Assembly: GCA_050174015.1 (NCBI GenBank)
Contig: JBFXKG010000008.1
Location: 138,378-202,377 of the forward strand
DNA: 64,000 nucleotides
Direction of reading: 5' to 3'
Source: Candidatus Krumholzibacteriia bacterium
Lineage (GTDB): Bacteria; Krumholzibacteriota; Krumholzibacteriia; LZORAL124-64-63
Under the pieces are notes generated by a model, which ran no database searches, was not told where the DNA came from, and worked only from the letters and a program-made list of their open reading frames with translations. Position numbers and translations under genes: made by a program. Shown here in pieces: positions 36,290 to 45,688 of the stretch. Numbering within the stretch: the stretch's first letter is position 1; the number at the start of each line of letters is the position of its first letter.

Positions 36290-39200
36290 ATGAAACTGCG
36301 AGTCTTGATCACCCTGACCGCCGTCATGGTGTTCCTCCTGTGCGGAGGCTGCTCCCAGGAGGAACTCACCCCGACCGCTCCCCGGTCCGACGTGGACGGG
36401 ATCTCCACCATCGTCCGCGCTCCCGAAGTCAACCTGGCGGAGATGGGCAAGGCCGCCGATGAAGCGGTCGCCGGCCGCTACATCATCCAGTTCACAGGCG
36501 ACGTCGCCGACGTCAGGGACCGCGCCCGGGCCCTGGCCGACAAGTACGGTTTCGAGACGGGTTACGTCTATGAGCACGCCATCAAGGGGCTGCCCGCCCG
36601 GATCCCCGACACGGTGGCGGACCGGATCCGTCAGGAGGCCGGGGTCCTGAGGGTGACCCAGGACCGGCGCGCGCGGGTCCTGGTCCAGAGCCTGCCCACG
36701 GGCATCGACCGGATCGAGACCGATCTCAATCCCATCGCCAACATCGACGGGAATCCCGACAACGTGGATGTCGACATCGCCGTCATCGACACCGGCATCG
36801 ATTACAACCATCCCGACCTGAACGTCGTCGGCGGCATCCGCATCCTGGGGGGCATCAGCCATCCCGACTTCATGGACGATTACGGCCACGGAACCCACGT
36901 GGCCGGCACCGCCGCCGCCATCGACAACGACCTCGGCGTGGTCGGGGTGGCCCCGGGCGCCAGGCTGTGGGGCGTCAAGGTGCTCGACTCCTCGGGGTCG
37001 GGATCCTATTCGGACATCATCGCCGGCCTGGACTGGGTGACCGCCCGCGCCGCCGAGATCGAGATCGTCAACATGAGCCTGGGCGGTCTGGGCTGGGACC
37101 CCGCCTTCCATGACGCGGTCGCCGCCTGCGTGAACGCGGGCGTCGTGGTCGTGGTGGCCGCCGGCAACAGCGGCATGGACGTGTACGGCTTCGACCGGAC
37201 CATCGGCAACTGGGACGACACGGTTCCCGCCGCCTTCCCCGAAGCCGCCGCCATCAGCGCCCTGGCCGACAGCGACGGGATGCCCGGCGGCTCCGGTCCC
37301 GCCACCTCGAGCGGTCCCGACGACTCCTTCGCCACCTTCTCCAACTCCTCCCGGGCCGTTTACGCGGGTAACCCGGTCACCTCCCCGGGGCTGGCCATCG
37401 ACCTGATCCTGCCCGGCGTGGACATCGTCTCCACCATCCCCGGCGGGGGTTACTATCCCGCCAGCGGGACCAGCATGGCCTCCCCGCACGCCGCCGGACT
37501 GGCGGCCCTGTACATCGCCGAGCACGGCCGGGCCGGCGACGGCGCCGGCGTCTACGCCATCCGTCAGGCCCTGATCGACGCCGGCATGCCCCAGGGCGGC
37601 CCCGGCGGGCTGGCGACGTTGAATGACCCCGACGGCAACCGTGAGCCCCTGGGCTGGGCCGCCCCCGCGGGCGGCGCGGCCGACGTCGCCTTCACCAATT
37701 TCACGGGCGAAACCGAGGTCATGGGGGGAGACATCCTTCACCTGGACGTCACCATCGCCAATCTGGGCGACCTGGACGCCACCGGCCCGTTCGACGCCTG
37801 GATCGGCGTCCAGGGCACTTCCTTCGAGCTTGCTCGGAAGACCTTGCCCCTGTTGCCCTCCGGAGTGTCCCGGTCGGTCACGATCAACTTCCTGGTTCCC
37901 GCCGCCGACCTCGCTGCTGCCGTCCCTCCCGGGACCTACACGCTGTTCGTGACCCATGACTTCAGCGACGCCAATCCCGGCAACGACCTGTTGACCCACG
38001 ACGTGACCCTGCTCGGCGGCGTCGAGACAGGCACCATCGTGATCAATCCCGATCCGGACGCCCTGAACGCTCCCTGGAACCTGGTCGGTCCCGACAGCCT
38101 GGTCACCCCGGGGACGGGCGATGCGACCTTGACCGGCATGGCTGCGGGCGACTATTCCATCGAGTGGGGCGCCGTGGCCGGTTACATCGCTCCGGCCAAC
38201 GCCGCCCTGACATTGACCGGGGGCGCCACCATCACCTTCGCCGGGACCTACACCCTGATCCCGGCCACCGGCACGGTGGTGATCAACCCGGATCCGGACG
38301 CCCTGAACGCTCCCTGGAGCGTGGTCGGGCCGGACAAGATCGAGTACACCGGCAACGGGGACGATACGTTGACCGACGTTCCCGCCGGCGACTACACCGT
38401 GACCTGGGGAGCGGTGGCCGGTTATCTGGCCCCCGCCGGCGAGACCCTGACCCTGGCTGCCGACGCGACCATCACCTTCAACGGTGTCTACACCGAGGTG
38501 GCCATGACCGGAACGGTCGTGGTCGACGCCGTCCCCAACGCCCTGAACGCGCCCTGGACCCTCACCGGTCCCACCGGCGTGCTCAACGGCACCGGCGATC
38601 GGACCCGGACCGACATGCCCATCGGCGACTACACCATCGCCTGGGGCGAGGTCGCCGGCTGGATCGCCCCTGCGGGCGAAACCCTGACCCTGGTGGCCGA
38701 CGCGACCATCACCTTCCAGGGTGTCTACACGCAGATCCCGACGACCGGGACGATCGTGATCAACCCCGATCCCGATTTCCTGAACGCCCCCTGGACCGTG
38801 TCCGGTCCCGACACCACCTCGGGCACCGGTGACCAGACGCTGGTCGACATGCCCCAGGGCGAGTACACCATCGCCTGGGGCGCGGTCGCGGGCTATGACG
38901 CGCCCGCGGGCGAGACCCAGACGCTGGTCGCCGAGCAGACGATCACGTTCGCCGGGACGTACACCGAGTCCCTGGGCTCGATCACGGTCGACAGCAACCC
39001 GGACGGCATCGGGGCGACGTGGACGCTGACGGGTCCGGCCTCGTTCTCGTACAGCGGTGCGGGCGACGAGACGGTCCCGGACCTGGTGGCCGGGGATTAC
39101 ACGGTGACCTGGGCTGCGGTGGCGGGCTACACGACGCCGGTCGCTCAGACCAAGAGCCTGGCCGCGGGCGGTACGCAGACGTTCACCGGGACGTACGTGC

Positions 39201-39964
39201 GGATCCCGGTGGGCAGCGTGGTGATCGACGCGGAGCCGAACGACATCAACGCTCCGTGGGAGCTGAGCGGTCCCGGCGGATTGCAGACCGGCAGGGGCGA
39301 TGCGACGCTGAACGATCAGCCTGCGGGTAGCTACACGGTCACGTGGCTGGCGGTCGAGGGCTACGAGACGCCGGCGCCGGAGACGAAGAACGTGACGGAC
39401 GGCGGTGTGGCGATCTTCCTGGGTCAGTACACCCCGGTGGGCAGCGGGGACTCGATCGGTTTCTGGTTCGACCAGGGCGCGTCGCAGAGCTGCGCGGAGG
39501 CGGCGTTCCTGGCGCACGTGCCGGCCTACCTCGTCTACAGCAATCCGTCGATCGGTGAGACGCGCGGGTTCGAGTGCGGGATTCAGTTCAGCGGCGGGGC
39601 GTCGTGGAACACCTCGATGAGCGTGAGTTTCCCGGTGCCGTCGACGAACGTCGGGGTGAACATTCCGATGGAAGGCACCTACAACTACATCGTGGGGTTC
39701 GGCACGCCGTTGCCGACGACGGTGAACACGGTGGTGGCGACGCTGGACATCTTCTACCTGGACTTCTTCGCCTTCGACATCGATCTGGGCCCGTCGAACC
39801 CGTCGTCGAGTCCGAACGGCGTGCCGGTGGTGTTGCGGCCGGACTTCACCGAGATGGAGATCCAGGCGGGCAGCCCGACGGCGACGTTGGCGCAGACCGG
39901 CGGTTGCGGGGCCAAGACGGCGTCTGCCGACAGCTACGAGGGCGTCCGCAACCTGTTCAAATAG
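36290..39964 (+). CDS. Subtilisin (S8) protease lipoprotein 2, paralog of protease 1
   Basis: GAGG RBS before the ATG at 36290; lipobox GGC; IDTG, HGTHVAG, AAGN and GTSMASPH; six repeats. Confidence 0.93.
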   Translation: MKLRVLITLTAVMVFLLCGGCSQEELTPTAPRSDVDGISTIVRAPEVNLAEMGKAADEAVAGRYIIQFTGDVADVRDRARALADKYGFETGYVYEHAIKGLPARIPDTVADRIRQEAGVLRVTQDRRARVLVQSLPTGIDRIETDLNPIANIDGNPDNVDVDIAVIDTGIDYNHPDLNVVGGIRILGGISHPDFMDDYGHGTHVAGTAAAIDNDLGVVGVAPGARLWGVKVLDSSGSGSYSDIIAGLDWVTARAAEIEIVNMSLGGLGWDPAFHDAVAACVNAGVVVVVAAGNSGMDVYGFDRTIGNWDDTVPAAFPEAAAISALADSDGMPGGSGPATSSGPDDSFATFSNSSRAVYAGNPVTSPGLAIDLILPGVDIVSTIPGGGYYPASGTSMASPHAAGLAALYIAEHGRAGDGAGVYAIRQALIDAGMPQGGPGGLATLNDPDGNREPLGWAAPAGGAADVAFTNFTGETEVMGGDILHLDVTIANLGDLDATGPFDAWIGVQGTSFELARKTLPLLPSGVSRSVTINFLVPAADLAAAVPPGTYTLFVTHDFSDANPGNDLLTHDVTLLGGVETGTIVINPDPDALNAPWNLVGPDSLVTPGTGDATLTGMAAGDYSIEWGAVAGYIAPANAALTLTGGATITFAGTYTLIPATGTVVINPDPDALNAPWSVVGPDKIEYTGNGDDTLTDVPAGDYTVTWGAVAGYLAPAGETLTLAADATITFNGVYTEVAMTGTVVVDAVPNALNAPWTLTGPTGVLNGTGDRTRTDMPIGDYTIAWGEVAGWIAPAGETLTLVADATITFQGVYTQIPTTGTIVINPDPDFLNAPWTVSGPDTTSGTGDQTLVDMPQGEYTIAWGAVAGYDAPAGETQTLVAEQTITFAGTYTESLGSITVDSNPDGIGATWTLTGPASFSYSGAGDETVPDLVAGDYTVTWAAVAGYTTPVAQTKSLAAGGTQTFTGTYVRIPVGSVVIDAEPNDINAPWELSGPGGLQTGRGDATLNDQPAGSYTVTWLAVEGYETPAPETKNVTDGGVAIFLGQYTPVGSGDSIGFWFDQGASQSCAEAAFLAHVPAYLVYSNPSIGETRGFECGIQFSGGASWNTSMSVSFPVPSTNVGVNIPMEGTYNYIVGFGTPLPTTVNTVVATLDIFYLDFFAFDIDLGPSNPSSSPNGVPVVLRPDFTEMEIQAGSPTATLAQTGGCGAKTASADSYEGVRNLFK

Positions 39965-40018
39965 TTCGACATCATCGATCCTGCGAGGACGGGGCCCGGC
40001 GTTCGCCGGGCCCCGTTT
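38506..40018 (+). repeat. Copy 2 of the ~1.5-kb near-identical direct repeat
   Basis: Matches 34519..36031; includes the stop codon and terminator. Confidence 0.95.
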
Positions 40019-40020
40019 TT
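39989..40020 (+). terminator. Intrinsic terminator after protease 2
   Basis: Same hairpin as 36002-36029, followed by a T run. Confidence 0.85.
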
Positions 40021-40139
40021 CGATAATTCCGGGAGTGACGGTTGATTTTCGAATTCCAGGTATGATAATTCGGGGTGATGTTAAATTTGCAACAACCGCC
40101 CGCCCGGCATCCTGACCAGGGCGAGAGGGGTGGAATGGA

Positions 40140-40517
40140 ATGATCCTCGGTCTCGGCACCGACCTCTGCGAGGTTTCCCGGATGCGGGAGGAGACGGCGG
40201 CTTCGGCGCGAGGGTTCGCCGAGGCCGTTTTCACTTCCGGGGAAATCGCCTATTGCCGGTCCAAGCACGATCCCGCCCAGCACTTCGCCGCACGCTTCGC
40301 GGCCAAGGAGGCCTGCGTCAAGGCCCTCGCGGCAGGCGCAGGCAGGGGCTCGTTCTGGCAGGACATCGAGGTCGTCCACGCCGAGGGCGGCCGGCCCCTG
40401 CTGCGCCTGATCGGGAGGGCCGGACGAATCGCCGCCGACCTGGGGGTCCGGCAGGCCCACCTGTCCCTGAGCCACACGCGGGAGGCCGCGGTGGCGGTTG
40501 TTGTTCTCGAGGATTGA
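40140..40517 (+). CDS. acpS: Holo-[acyl-carrier-protein] synthase (phosphopantetheinyl transferase)
   Basis: MILGLGTDL, FAARFAAKEACVKAL, GRP and LSLSH. Confidence 0.95.
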   Translation: MILGLGTDLCEVSRMREETAASARGFAEAVFTSGEIAYCRSKHDPAQHFAARFAAKEACVKALAAGAGRGSFWQDIEVVHAEGGRPLLRLIGRAGRIAADLGVRQAHLSLSHTREAAVAVVVLED

Positions 40518-40544
40518 CCCCGGACCCGGATGCAGGGAGAAGAC

Positions 40545-42239
40545 ATGACGGCACGACCGACCTATGAGCAACTCAAGCAGGACTTCGACTGGTCCCGGGC
40601 GGCCGCCGAACTCGGCATCGAGCCCGGTGCCCCGCTGAACATCGGCTGGTTCTGCAGCGACCGCATCTGCGACCTGGGCAAGCAGGACAAGGACGCCCTG
40701 CGCTGGGAGGACTTCCGGGGCGAATCCCGGACCTACACCTTCGACGACGTCCGCGTCCTATCCAACACCTTCGCGTCCTTCCTGCAGGACCAGGGGGTGA
40801 CGGCCGGGGACCGGGTGTGCATGTTCCTGGACCGGGTGCCCGAACTCTACATCGGGTTCCTGGGCGTCCTGAAGATGGGCGCGATCGTCCAGCCCCTGTT
40901 CTCGGCCTTCGGCGACGACTCCCTCCGGACCCGTCTGGACGACGCCTCGACCAGGGCCATCGTCACGCAGAAGAAGCACCTGGGCAAGGTGCGGCGGGCG
41001 CGGGAGAACCTGCCCGGCCTGGAATTCGTGTTCGTGGTGGACGAGGCCAACCTGCGCGAGGGCGAGAACAGGCTGGATCTGGCGGGGCGGCCGCGGGTCG
41101 AGGATTACGCCTGCCATCCCACCACGGCGGAGACGCCGTCGGTGCTCCACTACACCAGCGGGACCACCGGCCAACCCAAGGGCGCCCAGCACGTCCACAA
41201 CTCCCTGGTCAGCCAGTACATCACGGCGAAGTGGGTCCTCGACCTCGAGGAGGATGACGTCTACTGGTGCAACGCCGATCCCGGCTGGGTCACCGGGACC
41301 AGTTACGGCATCATCGGTCCCTGGAGCAACGGCGTCACCCAGGCCATCCTGGACGCGGGCTTCAACGCGGAGAAGTGGTACGCCTTCATCGAGCGCCAGC
41401 GGATCTCCGTCTGGTACTCCGCGCCGACCGCCATCCGCCTGCTGATGAAGGACGGGCTGGACCTGGTCAGGCGCTTCGACCTCTCCAGCCTGCGCCACCT
41501 GGCCAGCGTGGGCGAGCCGCTCAACGCCGAGGCCGTCCTCTGGGGACGCGAGGCCTTCGGGCTGGACTTCCACGACACCTACTGGCAGACCGAGACCGGT
41601 TGCATGGTGATCACCAACTTTCCCGGCATGGAGGTCAGGCCCGGCAGCATGGGCAAGCCCTTCCCGGGGATCACGGCCGCGGTGCTCGACACCCGGACCT
41701 TCGAGCCGCTGACCCAGCCCGGCCAGGTCGGCCTGATCGCCATCCGCGAGGGGTGGCCGTCCCAGATCCGCGGGTACTGGAACAACCCGGAGGGGTACCG
41801 GAAGAAGATCGTGAACGGCTGGTACATCTGCGGGGACCGCGCCAGCATCGACCCGGACGGCTACTACTGGTTCTGCGGCCGGGACGACGACGTGATCAAC
41901 ACGGGGGGCCACCTGGTCGGTCCCTTCGAGATCGAATCGGCGCTGCTGGAGCACCCGGCGGTGGCCGAATCCGCCGCCGTCGCCAAGCCGGATCCGGTGA
42001 ACATGGAGGTGGTCAAGGCCTTCGTGACCCTCAAGGCGGGGTTCGAGCCCGGCAAGGATCTCGAGCTGGAGATCATGAACGTCATCCGCAAGAAGCTGTC
42101 GGGCCTGGCCATGCCCCAGGAGATCGAGTTCATCGCCGAGCTGCCGAAGACGCGCAGCGGCAAGATCGTGCGCCGCATCCTGCGGGCGCAGGAGTTCGGA
42201 GAGCCCATCGGCGACGTGTCCTCGCTGATGAACGACTGA
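40545..42239 (+). CDS. acsA: Acetate-CoA ligase-like adenylate-forming enzyme (AcsA type)
   Basis: YTSGTTGQPKG, DPGWVTG, SVGEPLN, DTYWQTETG, GRDDDVIN and LPKTRSGKIVRR. Confidence 0.88.
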   Translation: MTARPTYEQLKQDFDWSRAAAELGIEPGAPLNIGWFCSDRICDLGKQDKDALRWEDFRGESRTYTFDDVRVLSNTFASFLQDQGVTAGDRVCMFLDRVPELYIGFLGVLKMGAIVQPLFSAFGDDSLRTRLDDASTRAIVTQKKHLGKVRRARENLPGLEFVFVVDEANLREGENRLDLAGRPRVEDYACHPTTAETPSVLHYTSGTTGQPKGAQHVHNSLVSQYITAKWVLDLEEDDVYWCNADPGWVTGTSYGIIGPWSNGVTQAILDAGFNAEKWYAFIERQRISVWYSAPTAIRLLMKDGLDLVRRFDLSSLRHLASVGEPLNAEAVLWGREAFGLDFHDTYWQTETGCMVITNFPGMEVRPGSMGKPFPGITAAVLDTRTFEPLTQPGQVGLIAIREGWPSQIRGYWNNPEGYRKKIVNGWYICGDRASIDPDGYYWFCGRDDDVINTGGHLVGPFEIESALLEHPAVAESAAVAKPDPVNMEVVKAFVTLKAGFEPGKDLELEIMNVIRKKLSGLAMPQEIEFIAELPKTRSGKIVRRILRAQEFGEPIGDVSSLMND

Positions 42240-42280
42240 CTGCCGGCGGAAGGCCGGCGCAACCATGACGGGGAGCTGAC

Positions 42281-42532
42281 ATGGACGACCTGAAGCAGAC
42301 CATTCTCGAGTACGTGATCGCTGAGTACGTGGAGGAGGACGACGACATCGAGGTGGGCTACGACACCGAGCTGATCAGCGGGGGACTGGTGGATTCGTTC
42401 TCGATGGTGTCGCTCAAGCGCTTCCTCGAGAACAAGTACGACATCCGGATTCCCGACGCCGACGCCTCCCCCGAGGCCTTCGACACCGTCAACAGCATCG
42501 CCGCACTGGTCGTGCGGTTCCGCGGCAAATAG
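42281..42532 (+). CDS. Acyl carrier protein
   Basis: Acidic 83-aa protein with phosphopantetheine site GLVDSFS and FDTVNSIAAL. Confidence 0.92.
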   Translation: MDDLKQTILEYVIAEYVEEDDDIEVGYDTELISGGLVDSFSMVSLKRFLENKYDIRIPDADASPEAFDTVNSIAALVVRFRGK

Positions 42533-42549
42533 GGAACGGGAGGCAGGTC

Positions 42550-43797
42550 ATGGTCTATTCACCGGAAACGCGGACGGGGTACGCCCAGGAGCTCGGGGCC
42601 ATCAAGGACGCCGGGCTGTTCAAGGTGGAGCGTTCCATCCACAGTCCTCAGAGCGCCGAGATCAAGGTCCGGTTCCCAGCCGGAGCCCCCCAGCGGGAGG
42701 TCCTGAACTTCTGCGCCAACAACTACCTGGGATTGTCAAGCCATCCCGACGTGATCGCCGCCGCCCATGCGGGCCTGGACGATCGCGGCTACGGGATGTC
42801 CTCGGTGCGGTTCATCTGCGGCACCCAGGACATCCACCACCGGCTGGAGAGGAAGCTGACGGAGTTCCTGGGCACCGAGGACACCCTGCTGTTCCCGTCC
42901 TGCATGGACGCCAACGCCGGGGTGTTCGAGGCGGTGCTGGGGCCCGAGGACGTGATGATCGCCGATCGCCTGGTCCACGCCTCCATCGTCGACGGGATGC
43001 GCCTCGCGCCCGCCGTCCGGGACACCTTCAAGCACTCGGACATGGGTCATCTGGAACGCAAGCTGGAGGAGCACCAGGACAAGCGCCGCCGGGTGATCAT
43101 CACCGACGGCGTCTTCAGCATGGACGGGGACCTGGCCAGGCTGGACGAGATCGTCGCCCTGGCGAAGAAGTACGACGCCATGGTGTTCGTGGACGACAGC
43201 CACGCCTCGGGTTTCATCGGCAGGACCGGTCGGGGCACCCACGAGCACTGCGGGGTCTTCGGCGAGATCGACATCATCACCACCACCCTGGGCAAGGGTC
43301 TGGGCGGGGCCTCGGGCGGCTGCGTCAGCGGCAGGGCCGAGATCGTGGAGATGTGCCGGCAGAAGGCGCGTCCCTACCTGTTCTCCAACACCGTGGCCCC
43401 GATGATCGTGGCCGGCGCCCTGAAGGTCCTCGATCTGATCTTCACCGACACCTCCCGCCGCGACAAGCTCGAGTGGAACACCGGCTACTGGCGCAAGGGC
43501 CTGGTGGAGATGGGCCTGGACGTCAAGGAGGGCGACAGCCCCATCGTGCCGGTCATGCTCTACAACGCCAAGCTGGCCCAGGACCTGAGCCGGGATCTGT
43601 ACGACGAAGGCATCTACGCCGTCGGCTTCTTCTTCCCGGTCGTGCCCAAGGGGGCCGCCCGCATCCGGACCCAGCTCTCGGCGGCTCACGAGAAGGAGCA
43701 CCTGGACAAGGGGCTGGAGGCGTTCCGCAAGGTCGCCGGGAAGCACGGCATCCTGGGTCTGGGCAAGAACGAGATCAAGGACAGGTTCGGACTCTAG
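42550..43797 (+). CDS. kbl: Glycine C-acetyltransferase-like PLP alpha-oxoamine synthase
   Basis: NFCANNYLGL, SVRFICGTQ, TDGVFSMDG, DDSH, TLGK (PLP lysine), RPYLFSN and ARIRTQLSA. Confidence 0.88.
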   Translation: MVYSPETRTGYAQELGAIKDAGLFKVERSIHSPQSAEIKVRFPAGAPQREVLNFCANNYLGLSSHPDVIAAAHAGLDDRGYGMSSVRFICGTQDIHHRLERKLTEFLGTEDTLLFPSCMDANAGVFEAVLGPEDVMIADRLVHASIVDGMRLAPAVRDTFKHSDMGHLERKLEEHQDKRRRVIITDGVFSMDGDLARLDEIVALAKKYDAMVFVDDSHASGFIGRTGRGTHEHCGVFGEIDIITTTLGKGLGGASGGCVSGRAEIVEMCRQKARPYLFSNTVAPMIVAGALKVLDLIFTDTSRRDKLEWNTGYWRKGLVEMGLDVKEGDSPIVPVMLYNAKLAQDLSRDLYDEGIYAVGFFFPVVPKGAARIRTQLSAAHEKEHLDKGLEAFRKVAGKHGILGLGKNEIKDRFGL

Positions 43798-43814
43798 CGG
43801 GATGGAGAAGATCC

Positions 43815-44120
43815 ATGTCCGGAGAACACGACATCAGGCTGCGGATGCCGTCCGGCTTGAACCCGACGGCGGAGGACCTGGAGGTCCTGCGGACCACGTT
43901 CCAGACCATCATCACGCTCGCCAGCGAGCGCAAGGGGGCCGTGAACGAGGATCTGGCCTGTCTGCGGGACAGGGGCTGGGAAGTCACCTGGGGGTTGACC
44001 TGGGTGGCCAGGGCAAGCAAGGACAAGCACTTCGAGGAGGTCACGGCCTCGACGAAGGAGGAGGCCCTGGCCCAGCTCCGCCAGCACGTCGGACTGCACG
44101 AAGTCGAAGGCTGCCCCTGA
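43815..44120 (+). CDS. Hypothetical protein (101 aa), last gene of the acpS-kbl cassette
   Basis: GGAGA RBS, ATG at 43815, host-like codon usage; ends EVEGCP. Confidence 0.75.
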   Translation: MSGEHDIRLRMPSGLNPTAEDLEVLRTTFQTIITLASERKGAVNEDLACLRDRGWEVTWGLTWVARASKDKHFEEVTASTKEEALAQLRQHVGLHEVEGCP

Positions 44121-44127
44121 ATCCGGA

Positions 44128-44153
44128 GCCTGGGGCGGGCGCCCGCCCCAGGC
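44128..44153. terminator. Perfect 26-bp palindrome between convergent genes
   Basis: GCCTGGGGCGGGC/GCCCGCCCCAGGC. Confidence 0.65.
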
Positions 44154-44172
44154 CCCCGGCGCCCGCGTCGCC

Positions 44173-44841
44173 TCAATGGCCGTCGATGCCGCCGATGCCG
44201 CTGACGCGGGTGTCCTTGTCGTCGGGATCCCCCCAGTAATCGAGGTTGCCCACCCCCGTGATCCTGCCCTTGAGGGACCGGGACGCGTGGACCTCCGCGT
44301 CGCCCGCTCCGGCGATGGACACGTCCACGCTCACCGCCTTCAGGTCACGGGCGTTCACGTCGCCCGCCCCCCGGATGTCGATTGCCAGCCGATCCACCTC
44401 GCCTGCGATGTCCAGGTTGCCGGCGCCCCGGCAATCGAAGACGAAGGAATCCCCGTGGAAGTCCGCGACCTCGACGTCGCCGGCGCCGTCGATGCGGATC
44501 TCCTTGAGATCGCGCAGGACCAGGGCGACCGTGCACGCCCCGTCCGGGCGGCAGTCCTTCTTCCAGTCCAGGACCAGGGTGCCGTCCTCCACCTCGGCCA
44601 CGAGGTTGTCCCAAAGGTTGTCGTCGATGGTGACGTCGACCCGCTGACGGTCGGCGAACCGGATGTCCAGATCGAAGCCGCCCTCGATCCGGACTGCATC
44701 GATCCTTTCCAGGTCGAAACTGCGCGTTTCCAGGTCTCCCGAACCCCTGACTCCCCTGCCGGGGGACCAGGCGGCAGCGTTTGGCGCCGATCCGGCGAGG
44801 AGGGCCAGGGCCGTAAGGGCAATCAGGACTTTGAATTTCAT
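44173..44841 (-). CDS. DUF2807 / GIN-domain beta-helix secreted protein
   Basis: Signal peptide; VRGSG, IDDNL, repeated xIxGAGDV and YWGDP. Confidence 0.88.
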   Translation of the reverse strand: MKFKVLIALTALALLAGSAPNAAAWSPGRGVRGSGDLETRSFDLERIDAVRIEGGFDLDIRFADRQRVDVTIDDNLWDNLVAEVEDGTLVLDWKKDCRPDGACTVALVLRDLKEIRIDGAGDVEVADFHGDSFVFDCRGAGNLDIAGEVDRLAIDIRGAGDVNARDLKAVSVDVSIAGAGDAEVHASRSLKGRITGVGNLDYWGDPDDKDTRVSGIGGIDGH

Positions 44842-45051
44842 TTCCGTCTCCTGTTTGCGGGTGGCTGGGGGACGCTACCAAGACGTTCCGGGGACGCAAA
44901 AGGTTTACCCGAATCCCGCTGACCGCCTTTTTTGGGCGCCCGACTTGCAATTGCCGAAGCGGGGGTTCACCTTTGCCGCATGAAACCATGTCCAAAGGCA
45001 ATCGTGATGAATGACAGATCGGGCTTCAGTCGACTCTTCCGGGAAATCACC

Positions 45052-45573
45052 ATGCGCGTTTCCGAATTGTCCGACGATGACCGCAAATGGGTCCAGGAAC
45101 GCACCGAACTCCTGTTCGGCGGCGATTTCGTGGTTTCCCGCGACGAGGTCCACGATCCCCACAAGCTGCCCGGTTTCATCGCCACCGAGGGTCCCGAACG
45201 GGTGGGTCTGGCCACCTACAGCATCGACGGCCCCGATTGCGAGCTGGTGACCATCGACTCGCTCTGCCAGTTCATGGGCATCGGGACGCTGCTGCTCGAG
45301 CGGGTCGAGGAGACGGCCCGCCAGGCGGGTTGCACGCGGATCTGGTGCATCACCACCAACGACAATCTCGACGCCCAGCGTTTCTTCCAGAAGCGCGGCT
45401 TCGTCATCTCCGAGGTCCGGCTGGGTTCCATGGTCAAGATCCGTCTGCTCAAACCCAACGTGCCCCGGATCGGGTGCTACGGGATCCCCCTGCGCGACGA
45501 GATCGAGCTGTCGAAGCCCCTGGTCGATTTGCCCTCCCGGGAACCGTTCCAGCTCCCCCCAATTGACTGCTGA
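45052..45573 (+). CDS. GNAT family N-acetyltransferase
   Basis: GIGTLLL and ITTNDNLDAQRFFQKRGF. Start could be at 45007. Confidence 0.9.
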   Translation: MRVSELSDDDRKWVQERTELLFGGDFVVSRDEVHDPHKLPGFIATEGPERVGLATYSIDGPDCELVTIDSLCQFMGIGTLLLERVEETARQAGCTRIWCITTNDNLDAQRFFQKRGFVISEVRLGSMVKIRLLKPNVPRIGCYGIPLRDEIELSKPLVDLPSREPFQLPPIDC

Positions 45574-45688
45574 CGAGCCTCCGCCCGGGGGTTATGATGC
45601 CGGGCGATGAAGTTCCCACCCGGGGAGACGCGTCCGGCGTCCGCGTGCGCCCGGCGGTTTCCCGACAGCACCCCGAAACGGAGGCACC

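Noticed and set aside
34519..40018. Diversity-generating retroelement (TR/VR pair)
   Set aside because: The two observed differences are G/C synonymous changes rather than adenine-specific, the repeat is far longer than a typical TR, and no reverse transcriptase is in the window.
32201..40234. Very long minus-strand ORFs (1304 aa and 1351 aa)
   Set aside because: They are antisense shadows of the protease genes caused by high-GC codon bias; the translations are Arg/Gly/His-rich with no motifs.
42550..43797. Serine palmitoyltransferase / sphingolipid operon
   Set aside because: The motifs are Kbl-type and the ligase is short-chain AcsA-type, with no ceramide synthase-like gene nearby. Not fully excluded without a phylogeny.
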